This document shows, piece by piece, positions 32,212 to 43,470 of a DNA stretch of 64,000 bases. The notes under the pieces are model-generated. The model was not told the DNA's origin, searched no databases, and saw only the letters and a program-made list of their open reading frames with translations. Position 1 is the stretch's first letter. Each line of letters begins with the position of its first letter. The stretch is taken from the NCBI GenBank assembly GCA_964202905.1, contig CAXNJO010000004.1:384001-448000 (forward strand), given 5' to 3'. The stretch is from Polyangiales bacterium (lineage in GTDB: Bacteria > Myxococcota_A > Polyangia > Polyangiales > JADJQN01). Position numbers and translations under genes: made by a program.

Positions 32212-35200
32212 TCAGCCGATGTTGATCTGGATCCCGAGCGCCTCGCGCAAGCGGAAGTACTGCTCGCTCACGGAGAAGAGCACGAGCTCCTTGATCTTGT
32301 CCTTCGGAGGCAGGTCCTGCGGGCCTGCCGAGGGGAGCGCCGCGATCATGCGCCCGGCGACCTCGAGGTCGTTGCACACGAGGAAGCCCGCGCGACACGC
32401 CGTCAGCTCGACCGCCTGCATCCAGCGCTTGACGTCACCGCGCCCGCCCGCCTCGATGAAGCGCTTGGCCACGATGCGAAGCGACTCGGTGCTCGTCGGC
32501 GAGAGACGCGATTGCATCATCTGCGCCCACTGGTCGACCGCCGGATCCGCCGCACCGAGCCCGACGAGGCGCAAGCCGGACATGAGCGCGAGCTTGAGCT
32601 CGGGCTGAGTCGGCAGCAGCCGCATCAGGTAGTGCTCGCCCCGGTAGAACGACAGATGGTGCGCGACGACGAACGTGAGGTCCTGCGGGCTGAAGCCGCT
32701 CAACAGCGTGGACCCGCACACCGAGGCGATCGGCTCGCCCGGGACGTGCACGAGACCGCCCGGCGAGGTGGGCTTGAGGAAGAGGCGCGGCACCGGGAGC
32801 GACAGCACCTGCCCGATGAAGCCGAACGTCTTCGCGAAGGTGACGGTGCTGGTCGCGGGATCGACCTGCTCCTTCTTCACGAGGCCGAGCAGCTTGTCGT
32901 TCTGCGCCTTCACCGCGAGCACCGCCGGCAACACCGCCTCGAACATCTTGCCGATGTAGAGGTCCTCGTCCGGGTGGAAGAGGTCCTTGACGAAGCGCTC
33001 GTTGTCGAGCCGGGACGTCGGACGGATCATCCCGCGGTTGCGGTACTGCTCGAAGAACTGCTGCTGCTCAGCGTCCGCCTTCTTCAGGAAGACGAGGGCG
33101 CTCGCGAGGCACCAGGCCTTGTCGTAGGCGCGCGCATCGAAGTAGAGCTTGTACAGCGCGCGGTACGAATCGACGCGATACGGATCCTTCCGAAGCAGGT
33201 ATTGGTGTTCGTCGATCGCGTCCTGGAGTCGCGAGGGGACGAGCGCGTACAACTCGGCGAGGATCTGGTGACCAGCGAGGTCGTCGGGGCGCAGGTTCGT
33301 CGCCATCTTGAACGCCTCGGCCGCGGTCTCGTGCTTCTGCATACGGTCACGGTAGATGACGCCGAGGTTGTGCCAGAGGTTCCACTCGAGTTCGGTGTTC
33401 CCCTTGCCGACGACGCGCTTGATCATCTTCCGGAAGGCGCGCTCGAGCTGCCGCCAGTCCTTCTGCGTCGTCCAGATCTTGTTGATCGCCTCGAAGGGCT
33501 TGAGCTGCGTCGGATCGAGGTCGAGGGCCTCGTCGAACTTCGCGACGGCCTTCTCGGCGTCCTTCAACTCGTCGCGGATGATGACGCCGACCGTGTAGGC
33601 GTACTTCGCCTTCGCGAGCGGGCGCTCGTCGAGGTCCGAGATGCGCTGGATGATCTCCACCGCGCGATCCCACATCTTCTGCTCCTGGTACAGCGCCAGG
33701 AGTTTGTGCATGACGACGTGGTTCTTCGGCTGGAGGGCCGAGGCGTCCACGTAGCTCTGCATCGCCTTCTGCGGGTTCTTGAGCTTGTCCTTCCAGAGGT
33801 CGCCGATCTGGTCGAGCAGCGTGAACTGCTCGGGCTCCGTCCCGACCTCGAGGATCTGCTTCTTGAAGTGGATGACCTGCTCCCACTCGTTGCCCTCGGC
33901 GTAGAGGGCGACGACGGCCTCGAGCGTCGGCCGGTGGTGGGCATCCTCTTCGAGCGCCTTGTCGAACATGTTGAGCGCCTTGCGACGCTCGCCCTGCTCG
34001 CGCTTGATGACGCCGAGGCGGTGGAAGGTGTCGCTCACCTCGTCACGCGTGAGCGTGTCTCGGTGGTGCACGAGCACCATCTGATAGAACTTGAAGGCCT
34101 TCTCCCAGTCCTTCAGGCGGTAGTTCACCGCCGCGAGACCCTGGAGCGAGGCGAGGTGCTGCGGGTCGAGCTGGTTGGCGTGGCTGAACGCCTTCAGCGC
34201 GCGCTCGTCGTCGCCGAGTTCGGTCGCGGTACGACCGAGCGCGAACCACAACCCGTGCTGCTCGTTGGCCGGACGGCGATTCGCACGCTTGACGAGCATG
34301 TCGAGCAGCGGCGCGGCCTTGCTCCACTCCCCCGCCCTCACGTACTCGTCGACGAGCGGCATGGCCGCGTCTTCGTTGTCCGCGTCCTGCTTGTAGGCCG
34401 CCTCGAAGCACTCGATCGCGCGCTCGTGCTCGTCGAGCCGCTGCTCGTTGATCTGGCCGAGCTCGACGAAGAGCCGCGCGAGCTGGCGCGGCGCCTGCGT
34501 GTACTGCGTCTCCTGCTCGAGCACGCGCGCGGCCGAGAGCCAATCGGCGTTGTCGACGTGGATCTTGCGCATCGCTTCGAGCGACGGGAGGTGCCCCGGC
34601 TCGACGTCGAGCGCGCTCTGGTACTTGTCGACGGCGCTCGCGCGGTCGCCGAGGCGCTCGTCGTAGAGACGACCCATGCGATGCCGGAGGTCGACGAGCT
34701 GCTGGGGGTCGCTGAGGCGACGGCTCAGCTGCTCCATCATGTCGAGCGAGCTCGCGTGGTCGCCGCGTTTGTCATAGAGCCGCGCGAGGGCGTCGAGCGC
34801 CGGGATGTGGTTCTCGTCGACGCCGATGACGTTGAGGTACGCGTCGATCGCGCGGTCGACATCGGGCTTGTCCGTCGCGTAGACGCCGCCAATCTGCTGG
34901 AAGAGTTCGGTCTTCTCGCGTCGATCCGGGGTCGCCGACACATGCCGCTCGTACGTGTGGACGAGGTCGTCCCAGCGCTGGAGCTGCCGATACGTACGCG
35001 CGAGTGCGCGCAGCGAGGGCTCGTGGTTCGGGTCGATGTCGAGCACCTGCTCGAGGCGCTCCGCGGACTTCTCCGGCTTGACGAACAACTCCTCCCACAT
35101 GCCGGCAAGGCGCGTCAGGATCGCGATGCGCTCCTTCTCGGTGCGCACCACCTCGAGTTGCGCCTCGAGCGTGGCGACGAGATCCGGCCAGCGCTCGCGC

Positions 35201-38200
35201 AGCGTGTAGAGCCGATCGAGGCCCTTGAGCGCGGCGAGGCTCTGATTGTCCGCCTCGAGCGCCTGCCGGTACACGGCGATCGCCCCGTCCGGATCCTCGA
35301 GGCGATCCTCGAGGAGCTCGGCGACCTTCACGCGCTCCTCGGCCTGCTCGACAGGGTCCGCGATGGCCGCGACCTTGCGCTGCAGGACCTGCTGCAGGTC
35401 GGCCCACTGCTCGCGCTTCCTGAAGATGCGCTCGAGCGCCTCGAGGGCGCCGACGTTGCCATGGTCGAGTTCGAGGGCCTTCTGGTAGAGGCCCATCGCC
35501 TGCTCAGGCATGCCGCGATGCGTCTCGGCGAGGTCGCCGAGTTGCACGTAGACGGCCATCTTCTCCGCAGGGTCGGTCGTCGTCTCGGCGAGGCGCGTGA
35601 GCACCTGCGCGAGCGTCGGCCACTGCTGGGTCTGCCGATAGAGGTCCGACATCTGCCGCATGGCGGGCAGGTTCGCGGGGTCGAGCGCGAGGATCTGCTG
35701 GTAGTAGGGGATCGCGTATTCGGGGTGCTTGAGCTCGGTTCCGTACCACTTTGCGCAGCGCAGACAGATGGCGATCTTGAGCGCCGGGTCCTCGACCTGC
35801 GGCAGCGCCTCGTTCGCGCTCTGGAGCAGCTCCGCCCACCGCTGGGTGAGTCCGGCGACCCGCTCGAGTTCCGCCGCCGTCACCGCGTCCGTGTAGTCGG
35901 AAGACCAGGCGATCTGCAGCGTCTCGAAGGCGCTGTTCCGGTCACCGAGCTCCTTCTCGTAGACATCGGCGACCTTGCGCAGCAGCGCGACGCGCTCCTG
36001 CTCGTCGTCGACGGCCTCGACGCGCGAGACGTAGAGCGTGATCAGGTCTTCCCAGCGCGCGGCCTCGCGGTGCAACGACGAGAGCTGCGTGAAGGCGACC
36101 TCGTGGAGCGGCGACAACTCGAGGATGCGCTGGTAGGCGCTCGTGCCGCGGTCCCGATCGCCCACGTGGGCGTCCCAGGCGCTCGCGATCGCGAGAAGCT
36201 CGGCGATCTTGGCCGTGTCATCCTCGAGCGCGTCGTGGCGGCGCTCCTTGATGGCAATGGCGTCTTCCCAGTTCCCCTGCTCGACGTGGATCCGCTCGAG
36301 CGCCTCGAGCGTCCCGAAGTGACCGGCGTTGAGGGCAAGCGCCTTCTCGTAGGCGTCGACCGCGTCCGCGGGTTGGCCGAGCGCCGTCTCGAAGAGGAGG
36401 CCGAGTTCGCGGTAAACGCCCTCGAGGGCAGCGTCGTCGAGGGTCGCCGCGCCGACGTCGATCGTGCGCTGCAAGGCATCGACGAGTTCCGCCGTCTGAC
36501 CTGCGTTGCGGTGGATGGTCGCGATCGACGAGAGCGCGAACGTGCTGCCGGGGTCGAGATCGAGGACGCGCTCCCAGGCCTCCAGCGCGCTGCGGTCCTT
36601 CTGGAGCCGCTCGTACCAGTTGCGCCCGAGGTCCGCGTAGATCGCGATGCGTGTCTCGTCGTCGTCGACGACGTTGACCTCGCGCTCGAGGATGTCGACG
36701 AGGTCGCGCCAGCGCTCCTGCCCGGCGTAGAGATCACCGACCGCGTTGAGCGCTTCGACGTCCTCCCCGCGGAGGTCGAGGACCTTTTGCCACAGGCCGA
36801 CGGCCTGCTCCTTGTGGCCGAGGTGGTCGGACGCGAGGCGCGCCATCTTCGCGTAGACGTCGCTGCGGGCGCTGTCGCCAGCCACGACCTCGAGCTCACG
36901 CTCGAAGGTCTGGTAGAGCGCGGGCCAGTCCCCGAGTCGGGTGTAGACGTTCGCCAGCGCGAGGATGGACTCGGCGTGCTGCGGGTCGAGCTCGTCGAGC
37001 ACCTTGCGGTACGCGGCGACCGACTCGCTTGGACGCTGGAGGTCATTCTCGTAGACCTGGCCGAGTCGGTATCCAAACTCGACGAGCTCGGGGCTGCCGC
37101 CCCGTCCGACCGTGGTGTGCGCCGCAATCTGCCGACGCAGAACCTCGGCGAGGGCCTCGTGCGCGCCGTTCTCGAGGTAGATCCGATCGAGGGCGGCGAG
37201 CGCCTCGCGATCCTGGGGGTCCGCTGACAGGACGTAGCGGTAGGCTTCCTCGGCGCGGGTCGTGTCCCCGAGTTGTGCCTCGAACACGGCCGCGAGCCGT
37301 CGAGCGACGGCGACGGCCGTCTCGCGCGCGCCGGGCTGCCCGGCGGCCACCGCGGCCCGCATCGCCTCGAGGATGTCGGCGAGCGTTTGCGCGACCAGCG
37401 CCCACTGATCCTGGATTTGCGCGAGGCGATCGACCTCGCCGCTTGCGTGCTCGTCACCGGGGGCCTCGAGCAGCGCGCGGAGTTCCCACTCGAGGGCCGT
37501 CTGGTGGTCGTTCGCCCGCTCCTCTGCGATTTCCGCCATTTTGTGCATCATCGCGAGGCGCTCGCCTGGGTCGGCGAGGTGCGAGAGCTGCACGGTGTGG
37601 ACGCCGATGAGGCGATCGTAAGCCTCGGACATGCGGTAGAGCGGCTCGAGGATCTCGCCGATGACGAGCGAGCGCACGCCCTCGGCGAAGAGCCCCTCGA
37701 GCGCTTCAAGCGCGGGGCCATGCTCCGGGGCGGCGCCGAGGATCTCGCGGAACTGCTCGATCGCGGCGTCTGTGTCCCCGAGACGCGCCTGACAGAGTTC
37801 GCCGAGGCGGAACTGGAAGGTGAGGATGTCGTCGGGGCTGTCGGCCGTTTGCGCCTCGCGGCGCAAGATCCCAGCGAGGTCGGCCCAGCGCTCGGTGGCC
37901 TCGTACAGCCGATCGAGCGCCTCGATGGCGGCCCGGTTGAGGTCATCCGTCGCGAGGGCGGTCGCGTAGCGCGCGATCGCCGCGTCGACGTCGCCGACCT
38001 GGACCTCGTAGATTTGCGCCACGCGCAGCGCGGCCTCCACGAGCCGCTCGCCGTCGTTCGCCTCGCGCAACTTCCCGAGTTCGAGATCGTAGAGCCGCGT
38101 GACCTCCGACCAACGAGCGAGCGGCTCGGCGAGGCGCTCGAGCGAATTGAGCGTGTGCTCGTTCGCCGGCTCGATCGGCAGCGCCCGCGCGTAGGCGCCG

Positions 38201-41200
38201 AACGCGCTCGACGCGTCGTCGAGCGCCGTCTCGTAGAGTTCGGCCACCGCGTGGAGCAGCTCGGTCTGCCGGACCGGGTCCGGCTCGTGCGCGAGCTGCA
38301 CCTCGTGCACCGCGATGAGGCGCGCCCACTCGGCCGCCGCGCGGTACACAGGCTCGAGCACGCCCGCGGCTGCCACGGGCTCAGCGCCCGCGCGGATCAT
38401 CTCCTCGAGGGCCGCGATCGTGGGCTCGTGGTCGGGTACGACCTCGAGAAGCTCGCGGTAGCCTTCCACCGCGCGCCCCGCGTCGCCGAGTCGGCGTTGC
38501 CAGAGTTCGGCGATGCGGAATCGGTAGGCGAGGACCTCGGTGGGATCACCCGCGAGTTCCGCCTGATGCTCGAGGATCGAGAGCAGTTCCTTCCAGTTGC
38601 CGCTCGCCTGGTAGAGCACGTCCAGTCGACCGAGCGCCGTGAGGTCGTCGGGATCGAGCTCCAGCACGCGCTCGTACGCGTCGATCGCCTTCGGCGTGTC
38701 GCCGAGCTCGCGCTCATGGATCGCGCCGAGTTCGACGAGCAGTGCCTTCTTCTCGAGCGGGTCACTGACGATCTCGGCCTTGCGCGCATACACGCCGAGG
38801 AGCGGCTCCCACTGAGAGAGCTTCAGATGCAGCTCGATGAGTTTGTCGAGGGCGCGCAGGTCTTCGGCATCGTGCTCGAGCACCCGCTGATAGACCGCGA
38901 TGGCATCGCTGGGGCGCTCGAGGATCTCCTCGTAGATCGACGCCGCTCGGAAGAGGTGCTCCTTCTGCTCTTCGGGCGATTCGAGCATCGTCGCCTTGAG
39001 CAGGAACGTCTTCGCGAGGTCTTCGTAGCTCTCGCCCGCCGCGAAGAGACGTTCGAGCGCGCTCGCGGCCTCGAGGTTCGTCGCGTCGAGCCCGAGTACG
39101 CGCTGGTAGAGCGCGATCGCAGCCGGCGCGGCCCCGAGCTGCTCCTCCTGAATCGCTGCGCCCCTCGTGAGGAGAGCGGCAGCGAGCGCGACATCGGGCT
39201 CGGTGCCCGCGGCCTGCGCATCGGCGAGCGAACGGTCGGCCTGTCCCTCGTACACAGCAGCGAGCCCGGCGAAATCACCGGTCACGGCCGCGAGCCGATC
39301 GAGGTTCTCTTGCGTCGTCGTGTTCGACGCGTCTTCCGCGAGTGCGCGCGCGAAACTCGCGAATGCCCCCGGCATATCGTCGAGCGCGACCTCGTGAAGC
39401 TCGGCGACCGCGTGGAGCAGGCCGATGCGCTGATCCGGGGAGACCGCGTGCAGCAGCTGGATCTCGTGGACGCCGATCAGCTTCTGGAAGTCGTTCTGCT
39501 CGCGGTAGATCGGCTCGAGGATCTCGGCGATGACGACCTGATGCTCGGCGACCTGCACGAGTCGCTCGAGGGCCCCGAGCGCGACCGGGTTGCCCGGGTC
39601 GGCCTCGAGCACGTGTCGGTGGATCTCGATCGCCGCGTCGACGGCGCCCATGCGCGTCTCACGGAGCTCGGCAAGACGCAGTTGCAGCGCGATCGTCTGG
39701 GCCGGATCGTCGGCGAGCGCGAGCTGCCGACCGACGTTGTCCGCGAGTTCACTCCACTGCTCGAGCCGCGCGTAGAGCGTGTCGAGGGCAGTGAGCGCGC
39801 GCTGACTCGTCGGCTCGAGCTCGAGCACCTCCTGGAAGATCGACGCCGCGAGCGCCGGCTCCGAGAGGGGCTCGTCGTGGATGCGTGCCATCTGCTCGAG
39901 GAGGTCTTCTTGCGAGGACGGGTCCGCAGACAGCTCGACCTTGCGACGAAGCACGCCGAGGAGATCACGCCACCGCTCCGTGCGGCGGTAGAGCGTGTCG
40001 AGCGCCTCGAGCACCACGAGGTCGCCAGGGTCCTGCGCGAGAACCTTGCCGTACGCGGCCACGGCGGCGTCGACGTCACCGCCCTCGGCCTCGTTGAGTT
40101 GCGCAGCCTTGATCCAGAGCGCGCGGGAGAGCGTCAGATCGCTGGCGGCCACCTCGCCCGCCAGTTCGGACACGAGCGCGACGAGGCGCGCGTGACGCTC
40201 CGGCGTGGTCGCGAGCCCCTCGAGGCTGTCGAGCGTCTCGACGCTCGCCGGAGAGCCCCGCAAGGCCCGGGCGAAGGCGTCGAACGCGCGATCACCGTCG
40301 CCGACCTGGGACTGCAGGACGACGCCCGCCTTCGTGAGCAACTCGAGCTTGCGGGCCGCGTCGTCGGACGCCGCGTGCAGGACCTCCAGCGCCTTGATCA
40401 GGCTCTCCGCGTCACCGCGGAGCTCGTAGATGGGCTCGAGGATCTCCGCGGCGCTCGCACCGAGCGTCGGGTCCGGGAGCATCGCCTCGAGTGCCTCGCG
40501 CGCGCCGTCGTGCTCGGGCAGGAGCGACAGGATCTCGCGATAGAGGTCGACCGCACGGGGTTTGTCGTCGAGGTGGAGCTCGAGCGCGCGCGCGAGCCGG
40601 AACTTGAGCGCAGCGAGCTCCTGCTCGTCGGCCGGGTTGAGGTCGATCCGGCGCTCGAGGGCCGCCGCGAAATCGGCCCAGCGCGCCTGCGACTCGTAGA
40701 GGCGGTCGAGCGCCACATAGGCGGCCGACTCGTCGTCGCCGTGATCCGCGAGGATGCTGCGGTACGCCTCGATGGCCTCCGCGGGGCTTTGCAACTCCTG
40801 CTCGTAGAGCGCGGCCATGTCGTACGCGAGCTTCTTGCGCGCGTCGGGGTCGCTCTCGAGCTCGGCGCGGCGCGTGTAAACGCCATGAAGCTCGCGGAAG
40901 CGCGAGGTCGCGCGGTACAGCGTCTCGAGCGCCGCCATGGCACCGAGGTGCTCGCTCTCGGCCGTCCACACCTCGGTGTACTGCGCGATGGCATCGTCCG
41001 TGCGGCCGATCGCCGCGAGCACGCGGCCGAGGTTCATCCGGAGTTCGAGCGCGTCCGCGCCGCTCTCGGCCCTCGCGATCGCCGCCTCGTAGTGCGCCAC
41101 GACGCGCTCCCAGCCATCGACGGCGGCCGCGACGCGCTCGACGTCCTCGCGAATCACCTCGGTGAGCGGGCTGAGCGAGAACGCCTCGAGGAAGCGCTCG

Positions 41201-42477
41201 AAGGCGGTGTCGGGATCCTTCAGGCGCTCTTCACAGAGAAGCCCCGCCTCGCGCAGCAGCATCACGCGCTCGCCGGGATCGGTCAGGTGCCCGAGGCGCA
41301 CCTCGTAGACACCGGCGAGTTTCTTCGCGTCGTTCGCGGCCTCGTAGATCGGTGAAAGCGCGACGGCGGCGTCGTGGTTCTTCGGGTCCAGTTCGAGGAC
41401 CCTCTCGAGCGCCTTCGCGGCCCGATCCGTCTTCTCCTTCTTCTCGGCCCAGAGGCGCGCGACGCGGAAGTAGAGGTCGATCTTCTCGGCGGCCGGCGCG
41501 TCCTTGTTCTCCGTCTCGCGCTCGAAGGTGCGGATCAGTTCATCCCACTTGTCCTGGGTCGCGTAGAAATCCTCGAGTTCGCCCCAGGCCTTCAGCGACA
41601 CAAAGCGCTTCTTCAGCTGCTCCTGCGCGCGCCGATCGTTCGGGTCGAGCAGGAGCAATCGCTTGAACGCGCCGACCGCGCCGGCGTCGTCGCTGAGTTT
41701 GTCCGCGTAAATCATGCCGAGCTTGTTGAGCGCGGCGATGAGTTCCTTTTCATCGGAGATGCGGGTGCTCTGCGCCTCGAGGACCTCCGCAAGCGGCCCC
41801 CACTCGCGCGCCTTCTCGTGGAGCCCAGCGAGGTTGCCGAGGGCGTCGGCGTTCTCCGGCTCGAGGCGGAGGACGGACTTCCACAGATCGATGCAGATCT
41901 CGGGCTTGCGGAGCTTCTCCGTGGCGAGCTGCGCCATCTCGACGTAGCGCAGGCTGCGGTCGCTCGGGTCCATGAGCTCGGTCTCGAGCTTCATGACGGA
42001 AACGAGTTTCTCCCAGTCGCGGCGCTTCTCGTACATCTCCTTGAGGCGCGTGATCGCCTCGACGTTGGAGGGCGCGATCTGGAGGACGGCCTCGTAAGCC
42101 TTGATGGCCTCCGCTTGGTTGGAGGACTTCTCGAGGAACAGCGAGCCCGCGAGAGAGAGCAGCTCGACCTTCTGTTCGGGGTCGCGGTGGATCTCCGCCT
42201 TCGCGAGGACCCCCTTGATGACGTCCGACCAGCGCTTCTGCCCTTCGAAGCGGGCGATCTGCTCGTCGAGCTCCGCGAGCTTCGCGCGCTCTGCGTCGGT
42301 GAGCGGACGCGCCGCCGCGCCATCGCTCACCGCCGCAGGCGTCGCGTCGGTCGCGCCCGCTTCACTCAAGGGAGACGGGGATTCGCCCACGGACGAATCC
42401 GACTCGCCCTGCTGCGCCGCCATCGCCTCGAAACCGTCCGAGCCGCCGACATCATTCTCCGACACGCATGCCTCCAT
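32212..42477 (-). CDS. Giant tetratricopeptide-repeat protein (AgmK/GltI-like)
   Basis: 3421-aa uninterrupted ORF made of TPR-like units (A...Y..VL..DP....AL..L..LY...RW..L). Confidence 0.88.
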   Translation of the reverse strand: MEACVSENDVGGSDGFEAMAAQQGESDSSVGESPSPLSEAGATDATPAAVSDGAAARPLTDAERAKLAELDEQIARFEGQKRWSDVIKGVLAKAEIHRDPEQKVELLSLAGSLFLEKSSNQAEAIKAYEAVLQIAPSNVEAITRLKEMYEKRRDWEKLVSVMKLETELMDPSDRSLRYVEMAQLATEKLRKPEICIDLWKSVLRLEPENADALGNLAGLHEKAREWGPLAEVLEAQSTRISDEKELIAALNKLGMIYADKLSDDAGAVGAFKRLLLLDPNDRRAQEQLKKRFVSLKAWGELEDFYATQDKWDELIRTFERETENKDAPAAEKIDLYFRVARLWAEKKEKTDRAAKALERVLELDPKNHDAAVALSPIYEAANDAKKLAGVYEVRLGHLTDPGERVMLLREAGLLCEERLKDPDTAFERFLEAFSLSPLTEVIREDVERVAAAVDGWERVVAHYEAAIARAESGADALELRMNLGRVLAAIGRTDDAIAQYTEVWTAESEHLGAMAALETLYRATSRFRELHGVYTRRAELESDPDARKKLAYDMAALYEQELQSPAEAIEAYRSILADHGDDESAAYVALDRLYESQARWADFAAALERRIDLNPADEQELAALKFRLARALELHLDDKPRAVDLYREILSLLPEHDGAREALEAMLPDPTLGASAAEILEPIYELRGDAESLIKALEVLHAASDDAARKLELLTKAGVVLQSQVGDGDRAFDAFARALRGSPASVETLDSLEGLATTPERHARLVALVSELAGEVAASDLTLSRALWIKAAQLNEAEGGDVDAAVAAYGKVLAQDPGDLVVLEALDTLYRRTERWRDLLGVLRRKVELSADPSSQEDLLEQMARIHDEPLSEPALAASIFQEVLELEPTSQRALTALDTLYARLEQWSELADNVGRQLALADDPAQTIALQLRLAELRETRMGAVDAAIEIHRHVLEADPGNPVALGALERLVQVAEHQVVIAEILEPIYREQNDFQKLIGVHEIQLLHAVSPDQRIGLLHAVAELHEVALDDMPGAFASFARALAEDASNTTTQENLDRLAAVTGDFAGLAAVYEGQADRSLADAQAAGTEPDVALAAALLTRGAAIQEEQLGAAPAAIALYQRVLGLDATNLEAASALERLFAAGESYEDLAKTFLLKATMLESPEEQKEHLFRAASIYEEILERPSDAIAVYQRVLEHDAEDLRALDKLIELHLKLSQWEPLLGVYARKAEIVSDPLEKKALLVELGAIHERELGDTPKAIDAYERVLELDPDDLTALGRLDVLYQASGNWKELLSILEHQAELAGDPTEVLAYRFRIAELWQRRLGDAGRAVEGYRELLEVVPDHEPTIAALEEMIRAGAEPVAAAGVLEPVYRAAAEWARLIAVHEVQLAHEPDPVRQTELLHAVAELYETALDDASSAFGAYARALPIEPANEHTLNSLERLAEPLARWSEVTRLYDLELGKLREANDGERLVEAALRVAQIYEVQVGDVDAAIARYATALATDDLNRAAIEALDRLYEATERWADLAGILRREAQTADSPDDILTFQFRLGELCQARLGDTDAAIEQFREILGAAPEHGPALEALEGLFAEGVRSLVIGEILEPLYRMSEAYDRLIGVHTVQLSHLADPGERLAMMHKMAEIAEERANDHQTALEWELRALLEAPGDEHASGEVDRLAQIQDQWALVAQTLADILEAMRAAVAAGQPGARETAVAVARRLAAVFEAQLGDTTRAEEAYRYVLSADPQDREALAALDRIYLENGAHEALAEVLRRQIAAHTTVGRGGSPELVEFGYRLGQVYENDLQRPSESVAAYRKVLDELDPQHAESILALANVYTRLGDWPALYQTFERELEVVAGDSARSDVYAKMARLASDHLGHKEQAVGLWQKVLDLRGEDVEALNAVGDLYAGQERWRDLVDILEREVNVVDDDETRIAIYADLGRNWYERLQKDRSALEAWERVLDLDPGSTFALSSIATIHRNAGQTAELVDALQRTIDVGAATLDDAALEGVYRELGLLFETALGQPADAVDAYEKALALNAGHFGTLEALERIHVEQGNWEDAIAIKERRHDALEDDTAKIAELLAIASAWDAHVGDRDRGTSAYQRILELSPLHEVAFTQLSSLHREAARWEDLITLYVSRVEAVDDEQERVALLRKVADVYEKELGDRNSAFETLQIAWSSDYTDAVTAAELERVAGLTQRWAELLQSANEALPQVEDPALKIAICLRCAKWYGTELKHPEYAIPYYQQILALDPANLPAMRQMSDLYRQTQQWPTLAQVLTRLAETTTDPAEKMAVYVQLGDLAETHRGMPEQAMGLYQKALELDHGNVGALEALERIFRKREQWADLQQVLQRKVAAIADPVEQAEERVKVAELLEDRLEDPDGAIAVYRQALEADNQSLAALKGLDRLYTLRERWPDLVATLEAQLEVVRTEKERIAILTRLAGMWEELFVKPEKSAERLEQVLDIDPNHEPSLRALARTYRQLQRWDDLVHTYERHVSATPDRREKTELFQQIGGVYATDKPDVDRAIDAYLNVIGVDENHIPALDALARLYDKRGDHASSLDMMEQLSRRLSDPQQLVDLRHRMGRLYDERLGDRASAVDKYQSALDVEPGHLPSLEAMRKIHVDNADWLSAARVLEQETQYTQAPRQLARLFVELGQINEQRLDEHERAIECFEAAYKQDADNEDAAMPLVDEYVRAGEWSKAAPLLDMLVKRANRRPANEQHGLWFALGRTATELGDDERALKAFSHANQLDPQHLASLQGLAAVNYRLKDWEKAFKFYQMVLVHHRDTLTRDEVSDTFHRLGVIKREQGERRKALNMFDKALEEDAHHRPTLEAVVALYAEGNEWEQVIHFKKQILEVGTEPEQFTLLDQIGDLWKDKLKNPQKAMQSYVDASALQPKNHVVMHKLLALYQEQKMWDRAVEIIQRISDLDERPLAKAKYAYTVGVIIRDELKDAEKAVAKFDEALDLDPTQLKPFEAINKIWTTQKDWRQLERAFRKMIKRVVGKGNTELEWNLWHNLGVIYRDRMQKHETAAEAFKMATNLRPDDLAGHQILAELYALVPSRLQDAIDEHQYLLRKDPYRVDSYRALYKLYFDARAYDKAWCLASALVFLKKADAEQQQFFEQYRNRGMIRPTSRLDNERFVKDLFHPDEDLYIGKMFEAVLPAVLAVKAQNDKLLGLVKKEQVDPATSTVTFAKTFGFIGQVLSLPVPRLFLKPTSPGGLVHVPGEPIASVCGSTLLSGFSPQDLTFVVAHHLSFYRGEHYLMRLLPTQPELKLALMSGLRLVGLGAADPAVDQWAQMMQSRLSPTSTESLRIVAKRFIEAGGRGDVKRWMQAVELTACRAGFLVCNDLEVAGRMIAALPSAGPQDLPPKDKIKELVLFSVSEQYFRLREALGIQINIG

Positions 42478-42549
42478 CGAACGCCGCTCTAGGACCGCGG
42501 GAGAGAGATCGTTTGGTGGCGGGCGCGACGGGAGGCCGCGCCGCCCCGG

Positions 42550-43470
42550 TCAGTGACCTTCGGAGAGTTCGCTGAAGCGGTCGCGTGCCGCCTTGACGAT
42601 GTCGGCGCGCTCGTTCGCCCCCGCCACGTCGACGTACTTCTTGAGGAAGCGGATCGCCTCCGCCTTGTTGCCTTGCTGCGAGTACGTCCAGCCGAGCGAG
42701 AAGAGCGCGTCGGGCATACCCGGCACGACGTCGAGCGCGGCGCGGAACTCACGGATCGCGTCGTCCGTCTTGCCCTGCTGCTGGTAGACGCTACCGAGGC
42801 GGGCGTGCGTTCCGGCGCTCTCTTCGGTTCCCTCGAGGCCCGCCTGCTGGGCGGCCTGCAGAACCTGCACGGACTGGTCGAGATAGCCGAGGTCGGCGTA
42901 GAGCCGGCCGAGTGCGTTGTACGCCTCGATGAAACGGGGGCCCTTTTGTGCAGCCTCCGTGTAGCGACGCAGGGCCGCTTGGATGTTCTCGTTACCGTCG
43001 TCCGCGATCGCGAGGTGCTCGTGGATCTGGCCGAGCGCGAAGTAGGCCTTGAAGAGCGTCGCGTCGAATTGCACGGCCTTCTCGAGGGCCTGCTTCGCGC
43101 CGTTCCAGTCCTCGAGCTTCACGAGGACCTCGCCGAGCTTGAACTGGTAGCCGGCCGACTCCGGCGCGAGGGCGATGGCCTTCTGGAGGTCGTCCCGCGC
43201 AGGCTCGTACTTCTGCATCTCCATGTGGACGATCGCGAGGCTCCAGAAGGCCTCGTGGTTGCCCGGGTCGATCGCGCTCGCGCGCTCGAGCTTCTCGACG
43301 GCAGCCATGAACTGCTTCTGCTGCGCGAGGATCACGCCCTCGTTCATGTGGTTCAACGACTCAACGCGCTCGCGCGAGCAGGAACCGCCCGTGAGCACGA
43401 AGAACATGAGCGTGGCGACGCCGAGCACCCGAAGCCCGCGGTTGCCCAGCTTTTGCTTCGCCTGATTCAT
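42550..43470 (-). CDS. TPR repeat lipoprotein
   Basis: Basic and hydrophobic N-terminus ending GGSC; multiple TPRs; GGAGGGAG RBS. Confidence 0.85.
   Translation of the reverse strand: MNQAKQKLGNRGLRVLGVATLMFFVLTGGSCSRERVESLNHMNEGVILAQQKQFMAAVEKLERASAIDPGNHEAFWSLAIVHMEMQKYEPARDDLQKAIALAPESAGYQFKLGEVLVKLEDWNGAKQALEKAVQFDATLFKAYFALGQIHEHLAIADDGNENIQAALRRYTEAAQKGPRFIEAYNALGRLYADLGYLDQSVQVLQAAQQAGLEGTEESAGTHARLGSVYQQQGKTDDAIREFRAALDVVPGMPDALFSLGWTYSQQGNKAEAIRFLKKYVDVAGANERADIVKAARDRFSELSEGH

Noticed and set aside
29539..41355. Very long plus-strand ORFs (2562 aa and 1360 aa)
   Set aside because: They are antisense shadows of the TPR and neighbouring genes, caused by GC-rich codon bias; no motifs.
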